From Mustelus asterias (taxonomy: Eukaryota): a stretch of DNA of 64,000 bases. The notes below the pieces were generated by a model. That model saw nothing but the letters and a program-made list of their open reading frames with translations, ran no database searches and had not been told where the DNA came from. The DNA lies in contig NW_027590122.1 of NCBI RefSeq assembly GCF_964213995.1, positions 992,001 to 1,056,000 of the forward strand, read 5' to 3'. Below, piece after piece: positions 12,391 to 24,309 of this stretch (positions are counted from its first letter, which is position 1; every line of letters starts with the position of its first letter). A program made the position numbers and the translations under genes.

Positions 12391-13422
12391 ATTTTAGTTT
12401 ATAATTGAGGATTTATGGGATCCAGTTAAATGTGGAAATTTACGCATAGCCTGGAGGAATTTGGAATAACTGAGAATTTTATCGTGTTGTCACCTCAACC
12501 CCAGGTAAAGAACAAAGATTTTTCCGGTGGCAACTTGTTTGCGATTTTGCCTATGAATCAGGTCTTGGAAGTTGGCTAAAAACGGTTAGAATGAAGGATC
12601 TTGTATCTTATTCAAGGAGTTGTGAGCTTGTAGTGCTCTGTCGCTTTAAGAAGCTATAGCTGAGAGAGAGAGAATGCTGACGATTCATTGCTTGAAATTT
12701 ACAAGCTGTGAGAACCTGCATGTTTCATTTGTTTTATGGATGTTTGTAGATGCGTTTTATCATTGTTTTGGGCTACATTTGTTAAGGTTTATCTTTCTGG
12801 GAAATTAACCTTATCTTGAGTCTTTAATTAAAGGCATTTCTGGAAGTTTAAAAGCAGAACCACAAGAACGCTTAAGAAATTCATTCTGGTTATTGTTGTT
12901 GTAAAGCACATGCTAAGTTTCTCTGCTTGTGTATGGATGATATTTATGGATTCAATGCTTCAAGCTTTGAGGCTTTCTGTCTGTGATTTAAATCAAACAG
13001 ATTTTAAAAAAGTAAGTGTGATTAATAAAGCTTTTTTTCATAAGTTATGAACCTGGAACCATATTTACTGGCCAGAGACAGGATTCCAGGATAGTTTACT
13101 AAACATGCAGGAATTTCAATCCAGATACAATTCACACGTGAGAATGAGAATTTTAATTTGTAATGGTTATTTAAAATTTGGGACATGTGAAATGATTCTG
13201 ACCAATCCTGTGTTGGATTGATCTTGAGTTAAACTTCCTGTCGGATCCAAAGATTTATTCCTGACGCAATTAACACAATGAAAAGGAAAATTCTGGAATT
13301 GGATACTGAAGGAAAGTGTTGAAAAGGAGAAATTATGAAATAGAAATGATTCCTAGACCATGTGGTCATTAGATTAAAACAAAGAAAGGGCACTGACATC
13401 CATGGTGGCACAGTGACAGTGA

Positions 13423-13705
13423 CGGCATGGTGGCACAGTTTTTAGCACTGCTGCATCACAGCGCCAGGGACCCGGGTTCGATTCCCGGCTTGGGTCTCTG
13501 TCTGTGTGGAGTTTGCATATTCTCCCCGTGTCTGCTTGGGTTTCCTTCGGCTGCTCTGGTTTCCTCTCTCAGTCTGAAAGACGTGCTGGTTAGGGTGCAT
13601 TGACCTGAACAGGCACCGGAGTGTGGCAACTGGGGGAATTTCACAGTAGCTTCATTGCAGTGTTAATGCAAGCCTTACTTGTGACAAATAAATAAACTTT
13701 AAAAA
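13423..13705 (+). mobile_element. Shark SINE, alternative-tail variant
   Basis: GGCATGGTGGCACAG...GGGTTCGATTCCCGG head and AATAAATAAACTTTAAA end. Confidence 0.85.
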
Positions 13706-13835
13706 AAACTAATTTTGAGAACTTTTAATCCACCCCTTTTCAAACGAAGGGAATCTCAGTACAAAGAAAGCCCAAGGATGGTAGGTAAGGAGTTTTGGAA
13801 AGCATCATGATGGGGGCAACTATCTGTACATGAGA

Positions 13836-15541
13836 TAGAACATAGAACAGTACAGCACAGAACAGGCCCTTCAGCCCACGATGTTGTGCCAAACCTTTTC
13901 CGAAACCAAAATCAAGCTATCCCACTCCCTATCATCCTGGTGTGCTCCATGTGCCTATCCAATAACCACTTAAATGTTCCTAAAGTGTCTGACTCCACTA
14001 TCACAGCAGGCAGTCCATTCCACACCCCAACCACTCTCTGAGTAAAGAACCTACCTCATACATCCCTCCTATATCTCCCACCATGAACCTTATAGTTATG
14101 CCTCTTAGTAACAGCTACATCCACCCGAGGAAATAGTCTCTGAACATCCACTCTATCTCTCCCCCTCATCATCTTATAAAGCTCCATGAAGTCGCCTCTC
14201 AATCTCCTCCACTCTAAAGAGAAAAGCCCTAGCTCCCTCAACCTTTCCTCATAAGACCTACCCTCCAAACCAGGCAGCATCCTGGTAAATTTCCTTTGCA
14301 CTCTTTCCAGTGCCAAATTTCCCTCTATCCCACACCTCCTTACTTTCTTCATGAGCTGACCATGGGGGACCTTATCAAACGCCTTACTAAAATCCATGTA
14401 TATGACATCAACTGCTCCACCTTCATTGACACACTTAGTTACCTCCTCAAAAAATTCAATCAAATTTGTGAGGCAAGACTTACCCTTCACGAATCCGTGT
14501 TGACTATCCCGGATTAAGCTGCATCTTTCTAAATGGTCGTAAATCCTATCCCTCAGGACCTTTTCCATTAACTTACCAACCACCGAAGTAAGACAAACCG
14601 GTCTATAATTACCAGGGTCATTCCTATTTCCTTTCTTGAACATTCGCCACTCTCCAGTCCTCTGGCACTATCCCCGTGGACAGTGAGGACCCAAAGATCA
14701 AAGCCAAAGGCTCTGCAATCTCATCCCTTGCCTCCCAAAGAATCCTAGGAAATATCTCATCTGGCCCAGGGGATTTATCGACCTTCAGGTTTTTCAAAAT
14801 TGCTAATACATCTTCCCTCAGAACATCTGCCTCCTCCAGCCTATCAGCCTGTATCACACTCTCATCCTCAAAAACATGGCCCTTCTCCTTGGTGAACACT
14901 GAAGAAAAGTATTCATTCATCGCCTCTCCTATCTCTTCTGACTCCATGCACAAGTTCCCACTACTGTCCTTGACCGGCCCTAACCTCACCCTGGTCATTC
15001 TTTTATTCCTCACATAAGAGTAAAAAGCCTTGGGGTTTTCCTTGATCCGACCCACAAGGACTTCTCATGCTCCCTCCTAGCTCTCCTGAGCCCTTTTTTC
15101 AGCTCATTCCTTGCTAACTTGTAACCCTCAATGGACCCAACTGAACCTTGCTTTCTCATCCTTACATACGCTTCCTTCTTCCTCTTGACAAGACATTCAA
15201 CCTCTTTTGTGAACCATGGTTCCCTCACTCGGCCATTTCCTCCCTGCCTGACAGGGACATACCTATCAAGGACATGCAGTATTTGTTCCTTGAACAAGCT
15301 CCATTTTTCATTTGTGCCTTTCCCTGACAGTTTCTGTTCCCGTCTTATGCTCCCTAATTCTTGCCTAATCCCATCATAATTACCCCTCCCCCAATTATAA
15401 ACCTTGCCCTGCCGTACAGCCCTATCCCTCTCCATTGCAATAAAGAAAGACACCAAATTGTGGTCACTATCTCCAAAGTGCTCTCCCACAACCAAATCTA
15501 ACACTTGGTCCGGTTCATTTCCCAGTACCAAATCCAATGTG
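13836..15541 (-). mobile_element. CR1 LINE (family B) with an internal RT deletion near 14312
   Basis: Contains LDLVLGNEP, SDHN, KSPGPD and DFSKAFD. GIEGNL is fused directly to ALERVQR, unlike the 11 kb copy. Confidence 0.9.
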
Positions 15542-16569
15542 GATGATATTGAACTGCGCTCGCAGGAAGTCTTACTCATGTTTGCAGCCAATCGTGAAAC
15601 AAACAACAGCAACAGCACCGGTCAGGCAGCCAAACCTCTCTCCATCTCCAGCTGGAGAAATTGGACTCTGAACAGTTGATCAGAATAAGGACTCACTGAC
15701 GGAATTTATGATGGAAACCAATCCAACCCCGCACTTTGCATTGTCTTCGGGAGCTCCTGTCTGTCGCATTGTAAAATAGTAATTGCTTAACGTTGCAAAG
15801 CCAATGCGCAGAGCGGACTGGCCAAGCCAGAATCCATCTCCTAATCGCCCCCAAAACCAATTCAAATTGAATCTAATTCATGGTCCTCGCAAAAGATCCA
15901 GGCTGACATGAAAGAGCATCGCACCTGATCTTGGGCTCCATTTGATGCTTGATCCGAGTCCAAAGACCGAGATGCCGGCTTTTTGTTTTAGTTATATCCA
16001 ATCAAAAACCGAATTGGTCCACTCAAAAGTCGCTGCAAGAGAGACGTTGCAGATCGAAGCCGACAACACAGGGCCCATTCCTCCAGTCTTGGGCTTGATT
16101 AACAACATCCTAGCTGATTGGAGCAGGTATTATATTCCTTCCAGCGCTTGACCTGAGCTTCATCTTAGCAAAAGGCCCAGATGGCATTTTTCAAAAATTG
16201 ATTCAAAAGAAACCTCGATGTAACCTTATTGATTTCTATCAAGTGCAGGGTTAGTAAATTACACTTGATGTTAGACAAAGGATAGAATCTGGATAGATAC
16301 AGCCACTGTGAGCAGTGCTGTTCTCAGCCGCATCAAAAAACACACACCCAGCGGAAACCACATTAACCTCGGACTAAACATTCACCCATTTTTTTTCCAG
16401 TCATGACCGAGAAAATTAACTGCAGATTCCGATCAGACCGGCAGATCCGTCATCAAATCAGTTTACAAGTTAAACCAGTTTCTGATCAGTTGTAAATTCC
16501 CACAAACTCAGGGCTGGATATTCAGATCAGCTCCGGGAGAGATGTTTCTGTCCCTCAGACCAGACCCAC

Positions 16570-16690
16570 TGACGTCAAAGGGCTGCATGGTGACGCCGCA
16601 CATGCCCGCATTCTGACGTCACAGTGCCGGATACTCTGATGTCACAATGTCTGTTGCTCTGACGTCACAATGCGGGATGTTCTGACTCTT
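16570..16690 (+). promoter_or_regulatory. 23-bp-period minisatellite of CRE (TGACGTCA) motifs upstream of V1
   Basis: TGACGTCA at 16570, 16614 and 16660, TGATGTCA at 16637, degenerate copies at 16591 and 16683. Confidence 0.75.
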
Positions 16691-16896
16691 GCGCACGCTC
16701 CTCCCCCACACCCTATCGATGCTGGAGCTCCCTCACTATTTCACTCCCTGATCAAAAGTCCCAGAGATCCAGCTCTGGTCGCGAGAGTATAACTGGTGCT
16801 GGGCTCAGATTCATGTCCAATAGCTTTGCTTTCCCATGAGCTTTTCTTGTCCTGAATCTTCCTACAACTGTTTTACAAGTGTCGATAGGTTCCGAC

Positions 16897-17415
16897 ATGA
16901 AGCTCAGCTTCGCTTCAGTGATCATCTCCCTGGATTTCTTACTCTTCCCTCAGTGTAAGTGTGGTCGCTATTTCTGACAGCGATATTTCACACATTAGCA
17001 ATGCTACGTTCTGTTAAATAGTATTCTGTTTTGTTGTGTTATCTTGTATTATGCATTCAATTGTACTTCATTGTGCAACATTGTATTGCACTATGAGATT
17101 TTAATTTTATGATATTATTGCGTATCTACATATCCTTCCCAGATGCCGCTGGTAGTGAAGAGGTATCACAGTCTCCAGAGTCTGTGGTGGTTACTGAGAT
17201 AGACCTGGCATCGTTGAACTGTTCCACTACTGCAGCTGGACTGGTCCTACAATGGTACAGACAATACCCGGACCGAACCGTGCAGCACCTGGTGAGCGGT
17301 ACCAGCGATCAGGGCAGGATCAGTGCTCGGAACATTGTTGCAGAGAAACGAAGGGCTCTGAATGTTGGTGGCACTCGGGTGACACACACTGCTACCTATT
17401 TCTGTGCAGTCGAGG
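16897..17415 (+). CDS. TCR alpha/delta-like V segment V1 (intact, very short CDR2)
   Basis: Leader 16897-16954 (MKLSFASVIISLDFLLFPQ, GTAAGT donor, phase 1). V exon 17143-17415 with LNC, WYRQ and TYFC. Confidence 0.9.
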
Positions 17416-17454
17416 CACAGTGTTGTAAAGATCAATACGAGTCGTACAAAAACC
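17416..17454 (+). other. 23-RSS of V1
   Basis: CACAGTG + 23 nt + ACAAAAACC, a perfect consensus. Confidence 0.95.
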
Positions 17455-17655
17455 TATAGAGGAGCAGTCCTGACAGTTTGTCGCCTGTGCTTCATCAAAG
17501 AGATAGACATTTTATAAACTTTATTGTAGTAAATCCAGTGAACAACACAGCCCTCCAAATCTATAGCAAATCATTTCCTTCGCAAGCCGTACCGGGAGAT
17601 ATCAGCAGAAGTAGTCGTGTTTCATATGTCATTTGCATCTGTTTGCGATTTTCTG

Positions 17656-17727
17656 GGTTCTGTGGTGTAATGGGTATTACTCTTGACTTTGAATCCAGCG
17701 ATCTGAGTTCAAATCTCCGCAGGACCT
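17656..17727 (+). tRNA. tRNA-Gln(TTG), degenerate and probably a pseudogene
   Basis: GGTTCTGTGGTGTAATGG...GACTTTGAATCCAG...GTTCAAATCTC...GGACCT aligns to vertebrate tRNA-Gln, with stem mismatches. Confidence 0.8.
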
Positions 17728-18030
17728 TGCCTTTCTTTGTCAATGCCGATGATTGCTTTGCTGAAGGACATTCCGCTTAAAGTTTTCACCAAGTGCGAAT
17801 CGAGAGGACAATTTGCCAGCCTATTCCACTGCTATTACAATGCACATTGCTGGGCCTCTGTCGACAGATGCCTGCAACATCAGTGTTTCTCTTTTTCATT
17901 TTCGCTCCTCTTTAACGCTCTGTCGATAGAAAGGAGCAGTTGGTGTCAAAGAGCAACAACCCTTATTGACCAAGAATGTGTATGTGTGAGATCTGAGTGA
18001 AAGACCTCCTGCCTTATACCGGCGCCTGTT

Positions 18031-18102
18031 GGTTTCATGATGTAACAGTGAGCACGTTGGACTTTCAATCCAGCAGTCTGAGTCCGAATCTCGGTGGAAC
18101 CA
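18031..18102 (+). pseudogene. tRNA-Gln-derived pseudogene (anticodon loop now reads TTC)
   Basis: tRNA-Gln body ending AATCTCGGTGGAACC, with damaged A and B boxes. Confidence 0.7.
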
Positions 18103-18133
18103 TGATTCTCATCGTCCCAACTCCTGTTTATCT

Positions 18134-18450
18134 TCATAGAAATCATAGAAACCCTACAGTGCAGAAGGAGACCATTCGGCCCATCGAGTCTGCACCGACC
18201 ACAATCCCACCCAGGCCCTACCCCCACATATTTACCCACTAATCCCTCTAACCTAGACATCTCAGGACACTAAGGGGCAATTTTTAGTATGACCAATCAA
18301 CCTAACCCGCACATCTTTGGACTGTGGGAGGAAACCGGAGCACCCGCAGGAAACCCACGCAGACACAGGGAGAATGTGCAAACTCCACACAGACAGTGAC
18401 CCAAGCTGGGAATCGAACCCAGGTCCCTGGAGCTGTGAAGCAGCAGTGCA
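18134..18450 (-). mobile_element. Shark SINE with CR1-type tail
   Basis: Near-identical to 1-328. Confidence 0.85.
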
Positions 18451-18496
18451 TCTTGGGACTCCTGTTTATCCTGTTCATGTTGAGTGAGGTTTTGAG

Positions 18497-18535
18497 AGTT
18501 TTTGTACAGGTTCAGCCCAGCTCTGTGTCTCTGTG
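18497..18535 (-). other. 23-RSS of V2
   Basis: CACAGAG + 23 nt + ACAAAAACT on the minus strand. Confidence 0.9.
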
Positions 18536-19427
18536 GGTCTCAGTGCGCAGTAATACACCCCGAAGTCTGCCAGCTCTGTTTTAGACATTTTCAGCGGGAC
18601 GGTACGGGTTGTATCATTGAGCTCTGCTGATAAACGGTCCCCTGGGAATCTCTCTTTGTTCCCGGTATATTTGCTTCTCCTCAGCAGGTACTCCATGGAT
18701 CCGCTGGGATACTGACGGTACCAGAATAGGTAATAATTGTCAGTGCTTGGAGTTGTATAATTACAGAATAACTGAACATCATCTCCTTCACTCACTGTGA
18801 CTGCAGCCGGTATCTGTGAAACTGGATCTCCTCCACATTGTCCTGTAAGAGCCAAGAGTCATGCTAAATTAAACGATGTCAGTTCACTTTGTTTAATGGC
18901 CGGATTCGGCCCGTCACCCTGGCCAATAATCTGAAAAACGAATCACAGCATCTAAACAGGAATATAAATCCCGCAACACGCAGGTTGTAACGGGAACGTG
19001 TTTGTCGCGGTTAAATGACACTCCGTTAAATGAACACCTTCTAAGGAGATCAGATCCTCGCCTTCGTTTCACGTTATTTGATGGGGAAACTAAACTGTCC
19101 GTGGGTTTTAGATCTCGGGTTTGTCAACGCTTTCATCCAGATTTTATCAAGTTTGTCAAAGTCCCTCAGCGGCTCCGGCGGGGCCTGCAATCCCACCTTA
19201 ACTCTTCACTCTCATTCAGCTGAGGTATTTTGCCTCCTCTCTTGGTGAGACAAAGATGATTCTAATTGATATTAGAATCAATATATACTTTTACCAGTGC
19301 GTTAATCGAACTGCTCAATTGAATGCAGTGAATGGTAAATATGTGAAACGCAGAGTTTGTAACTTGTGAACCTACCGGTTAGTAGAGCTGCAGCTGTGAG
19401 GAATAAGCTCAGAGTCACAGGAGACAT
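18536..19427 (-). CDS. TCR alpha/delta-like V segment V2 (intact)
   Basis: Leader 19427-19376 (MSPVTLSLFLTAAALLT, GTAGG donor). V exon 18842-18536 with LFC, WYRQYP and VYYCALR. Confidence 0.9.
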
Positions 19428-19789
19428 GTTTGCAGAGAGGTCGAGGCGGATGTGAGCAGAGAGGGTTGAAGTTAACATTTTAATTGTCAAGAGCTGGTGA
19501 GATGTTGAGTTACATCCGGGCCGTTGTTGATTGGTTCATTCCTGACAACGTCATTCATTGACATCCAACCTTAGAATTCCATTGTCTTCAAATGACCCAA
19601 TCAGCGCACGGCTCCCTTGGCTCTCAGCGTCGGGAGAAATAAACTAAGGAGTTTGTTCCCCCCTCGGGGACCTGGAAAGGGATGAGACCCAAACTTGTCC
19701 ATTTAATCGCTTCAACCTGTAAAGCGGAGTGAGAACAGGAAGTCGGTTAATTTTATTAATTTTTTAACTGTTCTCTTCCTTTTATTCCT

Positions 19790-20230
19790 GTATTGTCTTT
19801 CTTATCCGCCTCCTACTCTTTCCCCTTTCCTTATCTTTTCTCCTCCTTTGCTTCCCTTTCTCCCCGTTTTCACCTCTCTCCCACCAATTTTACCTCTCTC
19901 CCACCAATATCCCTCCTCCCCCCTTATCTTCATCTGTCACAGCTTACCCTCTGATTTCAGCTTCTCTGCCGTTTGGCCATTCACACCTACTATTTCCTCT
20001 ATGGACTGCAATTAGCAGCCTTTCCCTTTGTTTTTGTGGCTATGACTCATATTTCATTCCCTCACCCTACAGTATAAATATCTCCCACTTTCTATGCATT
20101 TTAGCTTTGACAAAGGGTCATCCGGACTCGAAACGTCAGCTCTTTTCTCTCCTTATAGGTGCTGCCAAAGCAGCAGAGATATTCCAGCATTTTTCTTTTG
20201 GTTTCAGCATCCGCAGTAATTTGCTTTTAT
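19790..20230 (+). mobile_element. Penelope-like element terminal fragment
   Basis: Pyrimidine-rich tract followed by a decayed hammerhead-like core (TTGACAAAGGGTCATCCGGACTCGAAACGTC). Related pieces at about 3600-3780, 10100-10260, 30985-31150, 41035-41166, 50990-51080 and 53460-53640. Confidence 0.5.
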
Positions 20231-20556
20231 TTTAAATTAGTTAATGTTGTTCCTGAATCATAGCTGGAGCCCAAATTAAAAGAGCTGATCTCGAACTGTG
20301 AAAGCTCACCATAGCTGATGCAAGAGGCCACTGAGTCCTGAGAGAATTGAATACAACAATGTGGTAAATAGCCAAACAGCATCTTTTAAATGGGATGAAT
20401 GGAGGGCTAGAATTGGCTATTTAATAGATTTACGCAGAATGAGAGTGGGTGGACTCCGCATGTAGACCCTGACCTTAGGATCTCGATCACTTGCAATATT
20501 CGCAGCATACTTATACAAAAAAAATCGTGTTCACGGTAAAGGGGTGGTTCGTCCAA

Positions 20557-21450
20557 ACTATGTTTCTGCATTTGTTCCTTCAATCAAATTTTCTTCAGTA
20601 AAGACACTCGCTCCGATAATGAACTTAATGCAATGTCCTTCTGTCCTCTCCTGGTGGCAAAAAAGGACTACAACATGCAACTTTAAAACAACCTGTTTCA
20701 TTTCTGGAAGCAAGATTGATTCCAACAACTGCTGATCATTCTCCTCAGTATGAAGTATATTTTTAATTTCTCTTCTTTTTGATTGCGCCTGGTGGTATTC
20801 ACATCTGAGAAAGTACCTGCACCAGTGTTCAACTGGTTTCCAACACTGTGAAATTTGGACGCAGGACTAAACGGCAGCTTTGCTTAGTTGCAGCCTAAAG
20901 TTGGTTAACATAATGATTTTTTAAAAATGTCGGGTTGCGCAGAAATCGGTTTTGGCAAACTGCTTGATCATCACCATCAATTGGGTATTTTGTCAGAATT
21001 AACACTGGCTATGTTTCATGATGTTAGTTCCAGTTTCCACTATTCCCCCCAACCCGCATCTTGTATTAGAAATAGATTTTATGTCATCCATTCTACTTCT
21101 ACCTGAACTCCTGAAGATAGAGGTGGAGTGACACAGTGATCCGCTCTAAAAGGATTGTTGGAACATCGGATGATCAATGAGTTGCAACAATGAAAATCGG
21201 ATTTAATACCACCAGGCGCAATCAAAAAGAAGAGAAATTGAAAATATACTTCATACTGAGGAGAATGTATGATCAGCAGTTGTTGGAATCAATCTTGATT
21301 CCAAAAATGAAACAGGTTGTTTTCAAGTTGTATATTGTAGTGCTTTTTTCCACCAGGGGAGGGCAGAAGGACACTGCATTAAGTTCATTATCGGAGCGCG
21401 TGTTTTTATTGAAGAAATTTTGATTGAAGGAACAAATCCAGAAACATAGT
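20557..21450. repeat. Inverted repeat with arms of about 245 bp (20557-20799 and 21205-21450) and a spacer of about 405 bp
   Basis: The arms are close reverse complements, e.g. GATTGCGCCTGGTGGTATT and AATACCACCAGGCGCAATC. Confidence 0.9.
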
Positions 21451-22071
21451 GTTAACACTGATAACAAACTTATTATTTTTTGAAATATTCTTATGAATTG
21501 TCAATGTTGCCACTCCTGTAGTTATGTAACATACATTCGATGGCTAGACCAGTTCCCATTGCACAAGTTCCCAAATTATCGAACGATATTTTAGGACTAA
21601 CACACCGGGACTGGTCACAATGTGGAATGAGACTTCAGAAAGAACGAGAGAGCAAAATGCACTGCAATCGTTGGATCGTAGAACAGAAGGAAAGTTGTAA
21701 GCTCTCCCGCAATAAAAGAGCTATAACACGAAGGAGGAAACAGCTGTTCTCATTTATAACTATCTTGTGAACTGCAACTTGTCGAAGATCCAAGTGAAGA
21801 ATTGCACCCTGGAATTACCAGTATTCACCAGTAGAGAGCAGTGTGTCCCGTGAGAAATATTTAATCTGGGCGTGTCAGGTGTGTACTCAGAGGCTGTGTG
21901 GGCCTGTGTCAGTGTGAAACGCTCAGTATGGGTGGCTAAAGTAGAACCCGCCTAATGTTGTCAGTTCAACATAAACACGGCACTGAACTGAACCCGAAGA
22001 AAATACTTGGTTCCGGGTTAATTTTCATCTCCTGGTTCAAAGCTGACCTCGGTGTTGTGTGTGAACTGAGA

Positions 22072-22404
22072 ATGGTCAGGATTTGCATCGACGTTTTGTT
22101 GTTTTTCACTCTGATCTGCACGGGGATGACCGGAGAAGCTGAGTTGCTGCAGCTCCCTCCACGGATGGTTATCAGTGAAGCGAGAAATATATCCATGAAC
22201 TGCACTATTTCCATTACGTTTGACACCGTGCGTTGGTATAAACAGCTCCCGAATCAGTCGCCCCAGCATCTGGTGATGGCCACAAGCGGAACCGATCAAC
22301 ACGGGAGGATCACTGCTTCGATCGGAGAAGGCAACAAACTCAGCATCCTGACTGTGAGAGACGTACAGGTTTCAGACACTGCCACCTATTTCTGCACCAT
22401 GAGG
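22072..22404 (+). CDS. TCR alpha-like V segment V3 with leader and V in a single exon
   Basis: ATG 22072 gives MVRICIDVLLFFTLICTGMTG, continuing in frame into EAELLQ...MNC...WYKQ...DTATYFC. Confidence 0.85.
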
Positions 22405-22443
22405 CACACTGTAATAAACACAGGCAGGTCCCGTACAGAAACC
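22405..22443 (+). other. 23-RSS of V3
   Basis: CACACTG + 23 nt + ACAGAAACC. Confidence 0.9.
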
Positions 22444-23102
22444 TGCACCGTTTTCAAAAACCGCTCCGCAGAAATATCAGTGTTTCAACAAGCGCGGTAT
22501 TAAATTCCAATGGTAAGGGGGGTGAGAGCAAAACATTTCTTGAATCAGAAAATTTTAAAAAGCTTAAAATGAAGAGAGTTGGGAATGTATTCAAAGAAAA
22601 TGGAAGAGGTTACATGCAAATCAGAATGAAAGAAAGACAAAGCGAAAAAGTGCAGTAAGAATACGTAGAGCTCAAAAAATCCGGAAGCAATGCAAAGAAG
22701 AAAGTCAAAAATAGCGACTGTGATGTGATGCATTTTGGCAGGAAAGAAGCGTATTAAATAAAAGGTGCGAGATTGCAGAAGTCTGAGATTCAAAGGGATT
22801 TGCCTGTCCTCGTGCGTGAATCACAAATGTTCTCTGACAGGTACAACAAGCAATGAGAATATTGTCGTTCAGCTCAGTTGCTGGATATCTGGTTAGTGAT
22901 GCAAAGCATCAATATCTGTACCCGGTGAGGTCATTCATGAAGCTGCCGCCATCTCAACCTCGACCGCTCTCCTGAGGCGATGTGCGATCCTCAGGTTAAA
23001 TCGCCTCCAGCCTCTGCGGCTATGGCGACTTTGCCTTTATTGTCACCGTCTCACGGCGTGAGAGCGCCCTCTGCTGAGCACTAACTGGAACACTTACTCT
23101 GG

Positions 23103-23880
23103 GGCTTTTGTATCAGATCCGCTATCGCAGTGTGGGGTTTAAGTCACATAAATATACCTCACGGTCAGTCATCAGCGTGTTGCCGATCATTAACTCGGTA
23201 ATCTTGACAGTTTTATTTAATGAAGCTGGAAGCGGTCGCTGATGTCGGTGTGTTTGTACAGTTTCCCTCCCATAATACGAAGCATGTCGTGTGGAGGCTG
23301 CCCGGGGCTCTGACTATAACCAGTACACATAAGGGTTAGAAGTGCTCGTCTTCATGTTGCAGGTAACTGTGACATTACTTTCCTCTTCAGTTGTTATTTT
23401 GGCATCCGACTGCTGCACCGTGTCTTGGTGACACCATTCTAACATAAAATAAGGGCAAACATAAAAGTAATGTTTAAATAAAAGTAATTTTATGCCTAGT
23501 CCCAGTGGGACTAGGCATAAAATGGTTCGGCACAGACAAGAAGGACCAAAAGGCCTGTTTCTGAGCTGTAATTTTCTATGGTTCTAATCAGTACGAGCCG
23601 AATATTCCTCAACAAAATCGTCATCAGAACGATCATTATTATTTGTCAGCAATAACATTTGGTTTTGCGGAAAGGAAATACATAAACACGTCGAAGATAG
23701 GAGCAGGAGTAGTCCATTCAGCCCTTGGATCCTGCCCAGCCATTCATTTTGATCAATGTTTGATCATACAATTCAATAACCGGATCCCATTTGCCCCATA
23801 TCCTTTGATCCCCTTTGCGTCAAGAGCTACTTACTGAGCAGTGGGATAATGATGAGGATCGGAATGAGATAGTTCACCAT
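23103..23880 (-). pseudogene. V pseudogene V4 (paralogue of V5; V exon not in the ORF track)
   Basis: Leader 23880-23835 (MVNYLIPILIIIPLL, GTAAGT donor). Exon 23438-23135 reads WCHQDTVQQSDAKITTEEESNVTVTCNMKTSTSNPYVYW, then two frameshifts, ending VYLC. RSS is CACACTG + only 16 nt + ACAAAAGCC (23134-23103). Confidence 0.85.
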
Positions 23881-24309
23881 GATCCTTCCTGAGTCTGTAA
23901 CTCTGCAGTGAAAGAAATCCTCTGTCAGAGACAGAAATACAGTTGCCCGTCCCACTACATTGCTCATCCAACCAATGAGAGGAGTGCAGCAATCTGCCCA
24001 ATCACACAATCGGGTCAGAGTGAGAGCAGCAAACGGGCGCGGATACGGAGTGAAGTGTGCGATGACTCTCAGCTGCACTCGGAGCGAATGGAGCGGAAAT
24101 AGCGATGGTTAAATCTACAGAAGTCTCTGACCATTCTGCACCTGCTCACTGTTCAAGTCTCGAACAATAAATAGAGCGACTGGGACATGAAGCAACGAGA
24201 ATCATAGAATTTTTGAGCAGCGAATGAGGCCATTCGTCCTATCTATGTCTCTTTGGAAGAGTTCTCCAAATCATCATTCATCCCTGCAAGTGACAGGATT
24301 CTTTGTTCA

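Noticed and set aside
9640-13400. AT-rich sequence around the CR1 copies, possibly a decayed LTR or ERV element
   Set aside because: No recognisable LTR pair, primer-binding site or protein motif.
16570-16690. CRISPR-like periodic repeat
   Set aside because: Vertebrate context, degenerate 23-bp tandem units, no unique spacers and no cas genes.
18031-18102. Gln-body tRNA with a Glu anticodon as a mistranslating tRNA
   Set aside because: The A and B boxes and stems are damaged, so it is most likely not expressed.
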